NCBI GenBank assembly: GCA_964610875.1
Contig: CAZSWP010000003.1
Span: 48,113-112,112 of the forward strand
Direction of reading: 5' to 3'
Origin: an uncultured archaeon
Lineage (GTDB): Archaea > Asgardarchaeota > Thorarchaeia > Thorarchaeales > Thorarchaeaceae
Length of the DNA: 64,000 nt
Shown: positions 31,048 through 42,363 of the stretch, in pieces
Numbering within the stretch: position 1 is the first letter of the stretch
How the letters are laid out: each line of letters starts with the position of its first letter
The notes under the pieces: model-generated
Databases searched by the model: none
Told to the model about the DNA's origin: nothing
The model's input: only the letters and a program-made list of their open reading frames with translations
Translations under genes and position numbers: made by a program

Positions 31048-33027
31048 TTATCCTAATAGCCAACGTTTTTTCAATAGAGGATATAATGGAATAGCTAAAG
31101 CACTAACACTGGTAAGTGCCAATGGATAAATTCCAAGGCCCTCGCCTGCATTAGCATCTACATTATTTATGATTATCAATAGTGAGTCGGTTGATATGAT
31201 ATTTCCATTCCCAAGTATCACTTTGTATATCAATTCAAAGATGCCAGATGTGGAGGGTAGTTTTAGATGAAGTTCTATAGAGCCATCATTCTTGCTGCTA
31301 TCTTTGTAGCTTGATTCTAACCAATCATATTGAAAAATTATCCCACCTAATTTTGACCCATTACCAGCAAAAACAAGCATGTTTACTTTTATCTCATTTA
31401 ATCCATGAACCTTGGTATAGCCTTGGATAATAGTATACGCTCTTAGAGAGTCAGATACTAAAATTTGCAGAATCAAATTAGCTGTTAGTTCATAGAGCGT
31501 TTCATTACCAAAATATTGTACATGAGTGAGCATATTTCCGGGATTTGATGGAGCAATAATCGTGATTTTAACAGTACCTTCCTGATTAGTCAAATTACTT
31601 GCTAGTATGTTGTTTTCAGAATCAGTGACTAATAGCCACTTGTTTGGAAGATATCCTAATTTGTTTTCTAGTTTGAATTCCAAATCTATTTTTTGTGAAG
31701 GCGAGGCGTAACTCATTATACTGCTTTTTACAAGAGTGAGTTTTGTTTCGGACCAGATAGTAATAATGAACAAGGATGTCGTATTTGTAAGGAAGGCATT
31801 TCCAGTTATGTTAATAAAAAAAGCTCGTGGTCCTGTCTTTTCATCAAGGAAGCAAGTTAGATGAAAGATTGATTCGTTCATTTGATTTGTTTTTTCAAAT
31901 AATATTTCTGATAGTGTATCATACACATCTACATGAATGCCTGAAATCGGTCTTCCAAAGCCGTCGGTTATGGAAATAGCCATTATAAATTCGGACAATA
32001 TTTTGGGTTTTTCAGATTTTTTAACTACAAAATAGCTTAGAGAATATACTTCAATTTCAAGTTCAATAGAAGAGTTGTGGAATCTATCTGTTCCTGCATA
32101 TTCAACCGTGATTGAGTGTACACCGAGTTCGATTTCGTTGTCGATTCGAAAAGTTATGTTTGCATTCCCTAGATTATCTGTTTTGAAATTTGAATGAAAA
32201 ATATCGTCAATATATAATGAAAGATTCTTTTCTGACATATAGTCATCTTCAATTATCCCAGTAACAATAAATGAGAGATAAGAATCAATTAGCAAAGTCG
32301 TATTTGGTTTTTGATTCATTGAAAGGTGCGTATCAATCTTGCTAATGTTTAATTCGATATTCCTATCGACTCCACGATAGTATTGTTCAAAATTGCCAGC
32401 ATATATTATTTCCAATTGATTAATTCCCAAGTCAATCCAACTGGAATTACATTCTATATGGAAAATGGAATTTCCACTCGCGTTTGTATATTGGGTTGAC
32501 AGACATAGTCCCTTTGAGTATACCGAGATTTTTGCAAATGGTATTGGTTCAAAATGATCATCAGTCAATTCTAAGAAAATATCAAAAGTATCGCCAGGTG
32601 CAAGATTGGAATTGTTATGTGAGATATTCATAGTTGCTGATGATAGAACATAAATTTCTTGACACTTGTAAATGGGTGCTAATGCAAGTGATTCGTTTCC
32701 TCTGAATGTAGCATTAAGTATGGTAGTTCCAAGTGGATGAGAGTAGTCGAATACGATGTCTAACGATGCAATTCCTTGTTGATTAGTCTTAGCGGCCCCA
32801 AGATAAGTATCATAAGTTTCATCATAGAATTCGATTGGTTGGTCTGGTATTGGATTTCCATAAGTGCCATATTCCAGAAGAGTGGCTGACATTGAGAATT
32901 CTTCCCCGCGTGATACTATTGTTTGTTCTTGAGCATTCACATTAGGTGATTGAACTATTATCATAACGAATACAAATAGTAGAATTGGTGCTATGAACTT
33001 CCAATTTGTCAAATGAATAATCCTCAC
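31048..33027 (-). CDS. membrane-anchored surface protein with Ig-like repeats
   Basis: Signal peptide (..NVNA), repeated TxxxG / YxGx beta-sandwich motifs, C-terminal TM followed by KKR. Confidence 0.75.
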   Translation of the reverse strand: MRIIHLTNWKFIAPILLFVFVMIIVQSPNVNAQEQTIVSRGEEFSMSATLLEYGTYGNPIPDQPIEFYDETYDTYLGAAKTNQQGIASLDIVFDYSHPLGTTILNATFRGNESLALAPIYKCQEIYVLSSATMNISHNNSNLAPGDTFDIFLELTDDHFEPIPFAKISVYSKGLCLSTQYTNASGNSIFHIECNSSWIDLGINQLEIIYAGNFEQYYRGVDRNIELNISKIDTHLSMNQKPNTTLLIDSYLSFIVTGIIEDDYMSEKNLSLYIDDIFHSNFKTDNLGNANITFRIDNEIELGVHSITVEYAGTDRFHNSSIELEIEVYSLSYFVVKKSEKPKILSEFIMAISITDGFGRPISGIHVDVYDTLSEILFEKTNQMNESIFHLTCFLDEKTGPRAFFINITGNAFLTNTTSLFIITIWSETKLTLVKSSIMSYASPSQKIDLEFKLENKLGYLPNKWLLVTDSENNILASNLTNQEGTVKITIIAPSNPGNMLTHVQYFGNETLYELTANLILQILVSDSLRAYTIIQGYTKVHGLNEIKVNMLVFAGNGSKLGGIIFQYDWLESSYKDSSKNDGSIELHLKLPSTSGIFELIYKVILGNGNIISTDSLLIIINNVDANAGEGLGIYPLALTSVSALAIPLYPLLKKRWLLG

Positions 33028-33229
33028 TTGTTTTCTCAGACTAACTGATATTTGTCAATCAAACTTTCAATATCGTTTCAAAGGTTATAATCTCGTACAA
33101 AGATTCGTTCTGCAAGATTAATTGATGGTTTTTGGGGGCAGTTCATATGCTATGAATCAGAATAGAACAGTGTGATTGATGTTAATAATAGATATGATTG
33201 TTGCAGACCTATGATAGTGTGGTGAAATT

Positions 33230-36200
33230 ATGGCTGTTGGTAGAATTGATGGTTTAAAGCAAATGAGATCCAGAGTAGATACTATATTTCCTAACATCGC
33301 CTGGAAAACATGGCTTTTTGGCACAGCCTTTTCTTTTTTATATATTCAAATTGTATACATTTTACCACTTTTTGGATTAGTGGAACCAATGATAATACCC
33401 GGACGAATTATTTTCGAATGTGTTCTGTGTCTGTTATCACTTACCTTTGGTGCAATGGTCGCATATCAAGGATTCAGAGGGCAAATTCCAAGTCCTCAAA
33501 TAGAACATGAATTACTCATATTACATCACGGAAACAAAATTTCTGCAATCTCCTGTCTTGAGCTGGTTACAGTGTCTGGATCGGTTATAACTAGTGAAGA
33601 AGGCATTGCACAATACAATACTGCTATGTTACTAGCTATTAGAGGTGGCGCCAATTCAAGTGTCAGTTTTGCCTATGAAGCAGGCGTGAAAGATGGAGAT
33701 GTCTTTCTGAGAATTTTCATAACAACCACAGCAGGGACATCTACAGAAGCCTCGGAAATAATACAGCGAGAAGCAACTAGAATTGAAGCAGTATTGCTTT
33801 CATCTCTGACAAATATAGAGATTGAAAAACTAACTGGTGCTTCACTCCTTAGTGCTTCAAATTCTATGTTGTTGAAAACGGACCATGATGTTGAGTCTAC
33901 TAAAATTGAGGACCAAAAATTGATTTTGGTCCGTGGAATACCTAAATCTCGCCCTTCTCTCGAGTCCTCTCAGATTGGTACATTCATTTCAACATTATTG
34001 AAACAGAGTTTTTCGGTCAGTTTCACATGTGTGTTTTCGCCAACCAAAGGTAATAGAGAACAAAGAAAGATGGAGAGAGAATGGCAATCAATTCGTTCTA
34101 AGGAAAAGAGAATGGAAGATTCACTTTCTGACCAAGCTAGTAAAAAGAAATTACTCACCGAATATGAAAGAATTCAAGGATCTGGTGGTTGGTTCAAGGT
34201 TTCAGTATATATTCTTATCAAGGATTCTAATCAATCAAATATACCGGTAATTAATGAAGCTGTGAAAGCTATTGTACTCTCAATTTGGGATGATGACTCA
34301 TCACTTTCTTTCAAAGAGTTAGGTTTGAATTCCAGTAGAATTTTCGAATTTACATGTCGCAGACATATAAAATCTCAAAAAATGCATGTAAGTAGATTAG
34401 TATCATATGTCAATACACCAGTACAACGACTACCAGTAATATCTGCACTTGAAATTCCGAAATTTGTTGTACCATCTTCAGATTTGCTCGATAATGAAAT
34501 AGACATTGGTTGGACTGTATTTGAAGGTAAGAAGCTAAATCGTGTTGGATTGAAAAGCAATTGGTTCAGAGAGCATGTTGCAGTTATAGGGGCAACAGGT
34601 ACGGGTAAAACAACATTGGTAAAAAGAATGATTTTGGAGTTGAGTTCAAAATCAAATGTGCCTTGGTGGATATTTGATGTCAAGGGGTCTGAATATTCAG
34701 AGATTGAGAGAATAGGAGAGGTGGTAGTTCTTAGACCAGGATTGGACCGTTCATTTGTGATTAATCTTCTTGATAATAGTGTTTCAACTTCTGGTCAGAT
34801 TCATGGAACGTTTGCACTTTTGAGGGAGCTAATCAATGAAAGTAGTTCGTCTGAGATGTCTCCTGCAATGGAGAAACTATTGCGGCAGTCTGTGTATGAA
34901 CTCGCAAATCAAGATGATGACTGTTCGGTCCAGAAACTTATTGCAATTATTCACCAGATTACAGAAAAGGACCAGAATATGACAATGACTAGAGATGGTC
35001 TATTAAATCGTCTTGAAGTTCTTGTACGTGAACCGTTAGGTACAGTCCTGAGTGGTGGAGATGATGCCATAAGGATAGCAGATTTGTTAGATAGAAGAGT
35101 TGTTTTTGATCTTCGTCATGTATCACGTATTGGAGGAATGGACTCTGTTAGGCTTTTGTACAATTTGGTTGCAAAAAGAATCTTTGAAGCGGCAATGAGA
35201 AGAGGTATAAAGAGTGGATTACATCACGTTGTGGTACTAGAAGAAGCAAATAATTTAGTCCCAGAGAGTTATTCTCGAAGTTCTGCCGCCGAGATTACTA
35301 CTGGCGAATCTATGGTGATGTTACAAAGAGCAACAGGCCAAGGTGTTATCATTGTTTCAACGAGACCAAATATATCATCAAATATTCTTGCGAATACATC
35401 TACAAAGTTCACGTTTCGGCTTCCTTATGATAGTTCTATTGGAGGAAGATATCTTTCTTTAAATGAAACTCAGGAAAAGTATCTTCGTACTCTAAAGCGG
35501 GGACATGCACTAACAATAGTGCCTATGTCTGAGGCTTTTGAAGTTGTTACTGATGTGTTTGATATCAATGACTATATTCCAATTAACAAAGAAGGAGAGC
35601 ACGTTAGACCTGATAGTGGTGTGATTGAGAAAACTCCTTCCGAAAAGGACGAAAATGAGGACAAGTCATCAAAAGAGAAACCTGTTTTCTTCCATCGATT
35701 GGGAGAGCTGACTAACCACATTGTTGCCTATTTGGCATCTAGGGAGATAACTACTCACGAGAATCTTTACAAATACCTATCCACCCTTGATTCAAGAATG
35801 AGGGAAGAAGACATGAGTGAAATAATCAGAGATTTGGTTTCACTCTCCACCGTCCAAAGGGAAGCAATACCCCTCTCTTCAGGAGGATTTGTATATAGTC
35901 TACCGGGCAAGGGGCTTGAAGCAGTAAAGAAGGTGATTATTGATTTCATACTTGAACATGTACAGGATAAAAATCCTGAAACCCAAGTGGAAGTATGTGA
36001 AGAAAAGGTTGACATTCTAGTAGATGATTATGCTTTTTTAGTGATTCCGCAGCATCTCAAAGCTTCAACAATGAAAGAAGTTGTGGACGATATTAGAGAT
36101 AAAATGAACAGTTTAGGAAATGCAGTAAATGGTCTGACAATTGTCGTTAGAGGGAGTGTTGCTGCAGCCAAGTTGAGAGAGCTTTTTGATATCCATGAAG

Positions 36201-36958
36201 AATTCAATGAAGTAGATGTGGTGTCAGCATTTCCTAATTCTTTGATAAAAATTATTGATAGATATATCGGAAAACAGACGAAACAGAAAAAGCTTCAAGG
36301 TGTCATCACGGATTTCTCTGAATCTAAAGATGATATTGATCTTATTGGAGCGGTACATTCAGTTGGGCCTGTAACAAGCAGAGAGGTTCAGCTCAAGCTT
36401 TGGTTTGGGTTGATACAGGATTTTGTCGATATTTCAAAGGGTATCGTTGCTTGGAATTCACTTCTTGAATTCATTGAAACAACAGCATCTCAATCTCTTA
36501 AAGGTCGAGCTGCACCTATGAAAGCAGAAGAGGGAAGAAGAGCTCTTACAGAATTACTTGCTGATGAAGTATTAGTAGCAATAAGAAACGGGTCTGATGG
36601 CGAACTTGGTGAGCTTGATAGCGGTCTTTGGGTCGTTAATACTACTGTGTTAGGCAAATTGAAAAATAATGTAATTGATAAACTGGAGAGAAAACTACTG
36701 AACCGAGAGAAAGCGGTTTACAAAGATCATGAATATTATGACCTTTGTTCTGGTTCGACATCTTATGTCGTTTTTCCTAATCAACAACAGCTTAGCACTT
36801 TACTTCGTTTACATAGCGATGTTGCATGTAGGAAATGTGGTTCGACCGAGGTTATTTGTTTACTCACAGCAGCCGAGTATGTTGATGATTCTGTGACAAC
36901 ACCTTCTAATTTGACGGTGTTCACCCTCGATGATGGACTTGTTGCTACAGTTGTTTGA
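33230..36958 (+). CDS. membrane-anchored HerA/VirB4/FtsK-superfamily ATPase with long C-terminal extension
   Basis: Two N-terminal TM segments, [33 protein letters not shown]...ILANT. Confidence 0.8.
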   Translation: MAVGRIDGLKQMRSRVDTIFPNIAWKTWLFGTAFSFLYIQIVYILPLFGLVEPMIIPGRIIFECVLCLLSLTFGAMVAYQGFRGQIPSPQIEHELLILHHGNKISAISCLELVTVSGSVITSEEGIAQYNTAMLLAIRGGANSSVSFAYEAGVKDGDVFLRIFITTTAGTSTEASEIIQREATRIEAVLLSSLTNIEIEKLTGASLLSASNSMLLKTDHDVESTKIEDQKLILVRGIPKSRPSLESSQIGTFISTLLKQSFSVSFTCVFSPTKGNREQRKMEREWQSIRSKEKRMEDSLSDQASKKKLLTEYERIQGSGGWFKVSVYILIKDSNQSNIPVINEAVKAIVLSIWDDDSSLSFKELGLNSSRIFEFTCRRHIKSQKMHVSRLVSYVNTPVQRLPVISALEIPKFVVPSSDLLDNEIDIGWTVFEGKKLNRVGLKSNWFREHVAVIGATGTGKTTLVKRMILELSSKSNVPWWIFDVKGSEYSEIERIGEVVVLRPGLDRSFVINLLDNSVSTSGQIHGTFALLRELINESSSSEMSPAMEKLLRQSVYELANQDDDCSVQKLIAIIHQITEKDQNMTMTRDGLLNRLEVLVREPLGTVLSGGDDAIRIADLLDRRVVFDLRHVSRIGGMDSVRLLYNLVAKRIFEAAMRRGIKSGLHHVVVLEEANNLVPESYSRSSAAEITTGESMVMLQRATGQGVIIVSTRPNISSNILANTSTKFTFRLPYDSSIGGRYLSLNETQEKYLRTLKRGHALTIVPMSEAFEVVTDVFDINDYIPINKEGEHVRPDSGVIEKTPSEKDENEDKSSKEKPVFFHRLGELTNHIVAYLASREITTHENLYKYLSTLDSRMREEDMSEIIRDLVSLSTVQREAIPLSSGGFVYSLPGKGLEAVKKVIIDFILEHVQDKNPETQVEVCEEKVDILVDDYAFLVIPQHLKASTMKEVVDDIRDKMNSLGNAVNGLTIVVRGSVAAAKLRELFDIHEEFNEVDVVSAFPNSLIKIIDRYIGKQTKQKKLQGVITDFSESKDDIDLIGAVHSVGPVTSREVQLKLWFGLIQDFVDISKGIVAWNSLLEFIETTASQSLKGRAAPMKAEEGRRALTELLADEVLVAIRNGSDGELGELDSGLWVVNTTVLGKLKNNVIDKLERKLLNREKAVYKDHEYYDLCSGSTSYVVFPNQQQLSTLLRLHSDVACRKCGSTEVICLLTAAEYVDDSVTTPSNLTVFTLDDGLVATVV

Positions 36959-37055
36959 CGGAAATAATGATTCCTTTTCCACACACAAGACAAGCTTTTT
37001 ATCCATACTAATTCCGGTTCGGTTGGACATCTCCTACATGGAGCTGGATTTCAAA

Positions 37056-37367
37056 ATGACCCAAAGAGCAAGAATCCGTCTATCAAGTACAAGTACTGAA
37101 CACCTTGATGGAGTATGTAATCAGATTAGGAGAATTACACGAAAGACTGGTGTAAGGATGTCAGGCCCAATCCCATTGCCAACAAGAAGAATGGTCGTTC
37201 CCACTCGAAAGACTCCTTGTGGTGATGGTTCACAGACTTGGGATAAGTGGGAGATGCGTATACACAAACGCCTTATTGACATTGATGCTGATGAGCGTGC
37301 TATAAGACAAATTATGAGAGTTAGAATTCCTGATTCTGTTTATATTGAGATTGAATTAACAGGATAA
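37056..37367 (+). CDS. rpsJ: 30S ribosomal protein uS10
   Basis: ARIRL...GPIPLPT...RKTPCG...[12 protein letters not shown]. Confidence 0.97.
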   Translation: MTQRARIRLSSTSTEHLDGVCNQIRRITRKTGVRMSGPIPLPTRRMVVPTRKTPCGDGSQTWDKWEMRIHKRLIDIDADERAIRQIMRVRIPDSVYIEIELTG

Positions 37368-37455
37368 TTGATTGTAATATAGCACAAACTCTTTGTGGGT
37401 ACTAGTATATGGACTTTCATCACTTATTTGTCTATATCCATGGAGATGAGCCATC

Positions 37456-39279
37456 ATGTGTGGTATAATTGGTGTAATTCAGAAGAAAGGGTTTGTTGCA
37501 CCTTTTATTCATCAAGCTCTGAGAAGACTGGAATATAGAGGATATGATTCAGTAGGAGTAACAACTATTCATGATGGAAAATTGCACATGAAGAAGGACA
37601 AAGGAAAGATTGATGATGTCCATAGAAAGCTGAATCTTGATGATCTTCCAGGAAATATTGGGATTGGACACACTCGTTGGGCAACTCATGGTATCCCTTC
37701 AATGTTTAATTCGCATCCACACTTTGACTGTAAAAACAGGATAGCAGTTGTGCATAACGGAGTTATTGATAATTTTCTTGAATTGAGAAAGGAGCTAATG
37801 AAAAGAGGACATAAATTCGGCTCGGAAACGGACACGGAAGTAATTCCTCACATGATTGAGGAATATATGGCAGAAGGAATGAGTCTGAAGAAGTCTCTAA
37901 AGAAAGTTTCACAGCGCATAGAGGGTACATATGCAGTTGTAGCGATGGCTATTGATGAACCTAATAAAATAGTAGTGACGCGTGATGGTAATCCTTTGGT
38001 CATTGGAAGAAGAGATGATGCTGCTTATGTTTCCTCAGATATCCCTGCATTTCTGCCGATGACGAATGACATGATGCTTCTGTTAGATGGTGAAGTTGCT
38101 ACGTTGTCTCTAGAAGGTATTACGATTGAAAAGCTGACAGATGGTTCTCATGTTGATAGAGAAACAATAAAGATAAGTTGGACAGCAGATCAGGCACAGA
38201 AAGCTGGATATCCTCATTTTATGTTAAAGGAGATACATGAGCAGCCTGATGCTATTAGAAATACATTACATCTAAGACCGGAAATCATCTCGAAAGCTGC
38301 TGAGATAATATCAAACGCAGAGAGAGTCTTTATGTTGGCAATGGGAACATCGGGACATGCTGCCTTAGCAGGAAAACATATGCTCGCATCAATTGGTGGT
38401 GTACTACCCTCTGTAGAACTTGCCAGTGATTTTGAAGATACCGTATATGGAACCTTAGGAAATGACGATGTTATTATTGCTATAACACAATCAGGTGAAA
38501 CAACTGATACTATTACAGCTGTAAAACATGCGAAAAAGAGTGGAGTAAAAGTAGTTGTAGTGACGAATGTTGTTGGCAGTTCGATAACACGTATTGCAGA
38601 TCATGCAATAATAACACAGGCGGGACCGGAAATTGGAGTGGCAGCAACAAAGACTTTCATGGTTCAATTGACATCATTGGCCCAGATTGCATTGTCATTG
38701 GGTGAGATAAATTCATTTAGGGATCTTGAAACTCTTAGGGCTAAAAGAATCGCCTTGGAAAAATTACCAGACATTGTATCCGAAGTCATTGCAACTGAAG
38801 AAGAACGTGCAAGGGGCATTGCTTCTCTTTACTATGACAGTCCTAGTATGTTATTTCTTGGAAGAGGAATTTCGGTAGCAACGGCATATGAAGGAGCACT
38901 GAAGCTGAAAGAGATTGCATATAATCATGCAGAGGGATATTCTGCTGGTGAATCAAAACATGGTCCAATTGCTCTTGTACAGGATGACTACCCAGTGATT
39001 TTTGTTGCTCCGAATGATAGAACAAGAGCTCGTTTGATAGGTAATATAATGGAGATGAAGGCGAGAGGAGCTGAAATTATTTCGGTTATAGAAAGAGAGG
39101 ATAATGAGATAAGAGAGTTATCAAGTCAGAGTTTTCTGATTCCCCCAAATATTGAATCAGAGTTTTCAGTGATGCCTTATGTAGTGCCTCTTCAATTATT
39201 CAGTTACTATATGGCGACTCGGAAAGGCTACGATCCAGATAAACCTCGTAATCTTGCTAAGTCCGTAACGGTCCTATAG
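37456..39279 (+). CDS. glmS: glutamine-fructose-6-phosphate aminotransferase
   Basis: MCGI, LEYRGYDS, GHTRWATHG, SQSGET-like motif, PRNLAKSVTV. Confidence 0.98.
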   Translation: MCGIIGVIQKKGFVAPFIHQALRRLEYRGYDSVGVTTIHDGKLHMKKDKGKIDDVHRKLNLDDLPGNIGIGHTRWATHGIPSMFNSHPHFDCKNRIAVVHNGVIDNFLELRKELMKRGHKFGSETDTEVIPHMIEEYMAEGMSLKKSLKKVSQRIEGTYAVVAMAIDEPNKIVVTRDGNPLVIGRRDDAAYVSSDIPAFLPMTNDMMLLLDGEVATLSLEGITIEKLTDGSHVDRETIKISWTADQAQKAGYPHFMLKEIHEQPDAIRNTLHLRPEIISKAAEIISNAERVFMLAMGTSGHAALAGKHMLASIGGVLPSVELASDFEDTVYGTLGNDDVIIAITQSGETTDTITAVKHAKKSGVKVVVVTNVVGSSITRIADHAIITQAGPEIGVAATKTFMVQLTSLAQIALSLGEINSFRDLETLRAKRIALEKLPDIVSEVIATEEERARGIASLYYDSPSMLFLGRGISVATAYEGALKLKEIAYNHAEGYSAGESKHGPIALVQDDYPVIFVAPNDRTRARLIGNIMEMKARGAEIISVIEREDNEIRELSSQSFLIPPNIESEFSVMPYVVPLQLFSYYMATRKGYDPDKPRNLAKSVTVL

Positions 39280-39323
39280 GGGGTTTAAATTCTATAACAC
39301 TGACAAATGTCTGTGTGAGACCA

Positions 39324-39578
39324 ATGTCCAATATCGTAATGTTAAGTCCGTTATCAGACTTTGCAGATCTTATATCAGGATATTTTCTTGAAATATGGGA
39401 TTTTTTAATGTTCATTGGCAGAGTATCAGCGGCAATTGTTGTATTAGTAGGAGCCATACTCTGGTTCACTGATGTTAATACAAAGAGAGGGAAAGCACTT
39501 GTCTTTAGTGGAATAATGCTGGCAATTGTTGTTCAATATTTCTTTATGTATCCACCATCATTTTTGATGGGAGGGTAA
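39324..39578 (+). CDS. small two-TM protein, TrbC/VirB2 pilin-like
   Basis: IGRVSAAIVVLVGAILWF-TDVNTKRGKALVFSGIMLAIVV helical hairpin pattern. Confidence 0.45.
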   Translation: MSNIVMLSPLSDFADLISGYFLEIWDFLMFIGRVSAAIVVLVGAILWFTDVNTKRGKALVFSGIMLAIVVQYFFMYPPSFLMGG

Positions 39579-39598
39579 TTAAGGAATAGCCTGACGAG

Positions 39599-40804
39599 TC
39601 ATAACAAATCTGTTGATATTACTTGTAATACATTAGTTAGACGGTTAATATCTTCTAACGTATTGTATACATGAATAGAGATTTGAACAAGTCCATCTGG
39701 TGATAAGGGAACTATTAATGGATGTGCGCAAAGGAGACCACTTCTCACAGCTATATTTGATTCGTCTAGGAATAGAGCGATATCATGACAATTGATTCCA
39801 TCTTCATTATTTCCAATATTGATTCCAAAGATTGTTGATTTTTCTGTAGGGTTGCCATAGATTTGTAGATTTGGAATATTTTGGAGGCGGCTTAGAAGAT
39901 GCTTTGCCAAGTACTGTAGATGCTGTTTCATTCCACCTGCGACAAGCATCGAATGATATTCTAATGCTGCACCAAGGCCAATAATTCCTGGAATGTTCAA
40001 TACTCCAGATTCGAATTTATCAGGTTGTAAAGAAAGTTCAAATTCATTTGCTAATACTTTAGATACAGAAGAGCTTCCGATAATTCCTGGATTGATTGCA
40101 TCACCCGTTGTTTGTTCCACCCATTGGACGGCAATTCCAGGAGGACCCATTAGTCCAATGTTTCCTGAAAACATGAGAACGTCAGGTCCTATTTTGGTTG
40201 GTATGTTATCACAAAAGGCAATTGATTGACGAATGTCAGATAGATAGATTGCCTCATAATCATGTGTTATGGATGCAATTTGATCAATCTCATTTCTTCC
40301 TCCAATCATTGTGGTTTCAGAAACTGCAACAAGGCCTGTTTTATCGTTTATCATATCTTGGATTGCAATTGGACTAGTTTCTCCTTTGCTATCTACAGGG
40401 ATTGTTATCAATTCAAGTCCTAAGATTTGTGCGATTCTCTGAAGTGTTACAAGAACTGAATGTTCTTCTCCCAAAGATACAATGATGTTCTTCTTATCTT
40501 TCCAGTCCATTCCCAGAACAAATGAGACCACCGCAGACGGAATCGAATTTTGAAACGATATCTGTGAAGTTGATGTGTCTAGATAATTTGCCAGCAATTT
40601 TCGAACATCTTCAACTAGAGATCCACCCTTTACAGCAAGATGATGTGCGCCTCTTCTTGCTGATGCTACTGTATTTTTCAGGAATTCAGATGTTGCATTG
40701 ATAACAGCTTTTGGAAGAAGTGTTGTACTTGCCGAGTCAAAATATGCTAAGTCCGGTTCTATGTCAAATATTGGAAAATCCTGTTTGACCTCTAGAGTTG
40801 TCAT
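39599..40804 (-). CDS. cysteine desulfurase (SufS)-like protein with degenerate PLP site
   Basis: DFPI, YFDSAST, KFESG, AVRSGLLCAHP. The usual SGHK is SGNI here. Confidence 0.8.
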   Translation of the reverse strand: MTTLEVKQDFPIFDIEPDLAYFDSASTTLLPKAVINATSEFLKNTVASARRGAHHLAVKGGSLVEDVRKLLANYLDTSTSQISFQNSIPSAVVSFVLGMDWKDKKNIIVSLGEEHSVLVTLQRIAQILGLELITIPVDSKGETSPIAIQDMINDKTGLVAVSETTMIGGRNEIDQIASITHDYEAIYLSDIRQSIAFCDNIPTKIGPDVLMFSGNIGLMGPPGIAVQWVEQTTGDAINPGIIGSSSVSKVLANEFELSLQPDKFESGVLNIPGIIGLGAALEYHSMLVAGGMKQHLQYLAKHLLSRLQNIPNLQIYGNPTEKSTIFGINIGNNEDGINCHDIALFLDESNIAVRSGLLCAHPLIVPLSPDGLVQISIHVYNTLEDINRLTNVLQVISTDLL

Positions 40805-40869
40805 GATATTACTTGACCAAATGTTAGGGCTTTAATTGTAACGTTGTATTCTATGGATTGTAAAGAAAA

Positions 40870-41892
40870 ATGAATCTGAATGAAGGATATTTCATCATTA
40901 CAACAGAGGATCTGATATTTGAAGTAAAAGGGAACCTCCATCCCAAGAATCGTACAATTGCATATCTTCGATATGCAATAGAAAAGAATGGTGAAAGAGA
41001 GTCTGGAACAGAAATTAGGTATAAGAAAATCTATCCTTTATCAGAACGAGAAACGTATTTGAAAAAATACTATCCAAAGTATATCTGGTATGACCCAAAT
41101 CGAAAGCGTACTTTTCAATCAATTAATGATAAAGATATAAAAATCGTAATAGACCCGGTCGACTTCTTATCAAGTCTGAGAGATAGAGGAAGTCATATTT
41201 TGCTATTACAAGAACAAGCCCTTGAATTGGCAGATACTCTTTCTAAGTGTGCGAGTATCGATATCTCTTGTTTTGGGATTACTGGCTCATTGCTTTTAGG
41301 GTTGGAGAAAGAAACATCTGATATTGATCTTGTCGTATATGGAGAGGATGAGAGTTTCAAGCTGTATAGTTATCTCCAACAGCACTTTGATGATATTGAT
41401 GGTATATCGCGGTATTCAGGAAATTTGCTTGAGAAACATGCCATATTTCGTTGGGGACCTGAAAAAGGACTGATGAAAGAGTATCAGGCTATCGAGGCAA
41501 GGAAAAATCTACAAGGCCTCTTTAGAGATTATGAATTCTTCATTCGTTTAACAAAGCCTTATTGTTCAAATAGTCCACAGTACGAGGATTACAAGATTAT
41601 AGACAAAGGCAAGATAATGCTTACTGCTTATGTACTAGATGATATTCACAGGATATTTACACCCTGTGAATACTATGTGAAGTGTGAAGAAAATCGGTAT
41701 TTGAAGAAAATCATTAGCTATAGAGGAAGATTCACCGAACAGGTAAGTAAAGGGGACACTATTGTAGTATGTGGGAGATTAGAAGAGGTTTCTGTGAAAT
41801 CTCAAAATCTATTTTATCACCAGATTGTTGTTGGAGATTGTGACGATATATTGTTAGAATTTTCAGATTATGAAAGAGTCAAAGGAACTTGA
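40870..41892 (+). CDS. predicted nucleotidyltransferase (COG1665-like)
   Basis: FEVKGNLHP...AYLRY, GITGSLL...SDIDLVVYG, SYRGRF. Confidence 0.75.
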   Translation: MNLNEGYFIITTEDLIFEVKGNLHPKNRTIAYLRYAIEKNGERESGTEIRYKKIYPLSERETYLKKYYPKYIWYDPNRKRTFQSINDKDIKIVIDPVDFLSSLRDRGSHILLLQEQALELADTLSKCASIDISCFGITGSLLLGLEKETSDIDLVVYGEDESFKLYSYLQQHFDDIDGISRYSGNLLEKHAIFRWGPEKGLMKEYQAIEARKNLQGLFRDYEFFIRLTKPYCSNSPQYEDYKIIDKGKIMLTAYVLDDIHRIFTPCEYYVKCEENRYLKKIISYRGRFTEQVSKGDTIVVCGRLEEVSVKSQNLFYHQIVVGDCDDILLEFSDYERVKGT

Positions 41893-42049
41893 TTAGGTGT
41901 GTTTTCCTATTCACTCTATATACAGCTTTCACAAACATGAGTTGTGAATGGCGCCAATATTGCGAATAATCATGATGAAAATTGGCTTATAATGGCTCTA
42001 TTTATCCAAAACAGGTATTATAATTGCTATTACATATGTGAACAAAGAC

Positions 42050-42070
42050 ACCCCTTCGTTTCCAGTGGAG
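42050..42070 (-). promoter_or_regulatory. ORB (origin recognition box)-like element
   Basis: Reverse complement CTCCACTGGAAACGAAGGGGT (dyad + G-string) in a 470-bp AT-rich intergenic region. Confidence 0.7.
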
Positions 42071-42363
42071 ATAGGATTGAAGACTTATCGCATTCCTTTT
42101 CACCTGTTCACAAAGCATATAGTTTAGTGAATGTTGAAGTAAATGGAAATGAAATCTTATTTTGGATAATAAAGTGTAATAGATATTATTTGAAAAAATA
42201 AAGTTCTTATAGTCCTTAATTGATGATTTTAAAGCTCTTGTTTCGTTTCATACTGTTTCAACGTGCTATCTCACTCTTATCTGGATATATGTGATTCACA
42301 TACTCACACTTATTTGTGAAATAAAGCTATATTTTTGTGAATAGTGAACGGTGGGCGAATAGA

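Noticed and set aside
41944-42201. 85-aa ORF in the AT-rich gap
   Set aside because: No recognisable features; overlaps the ORB element and is probably non-coding.
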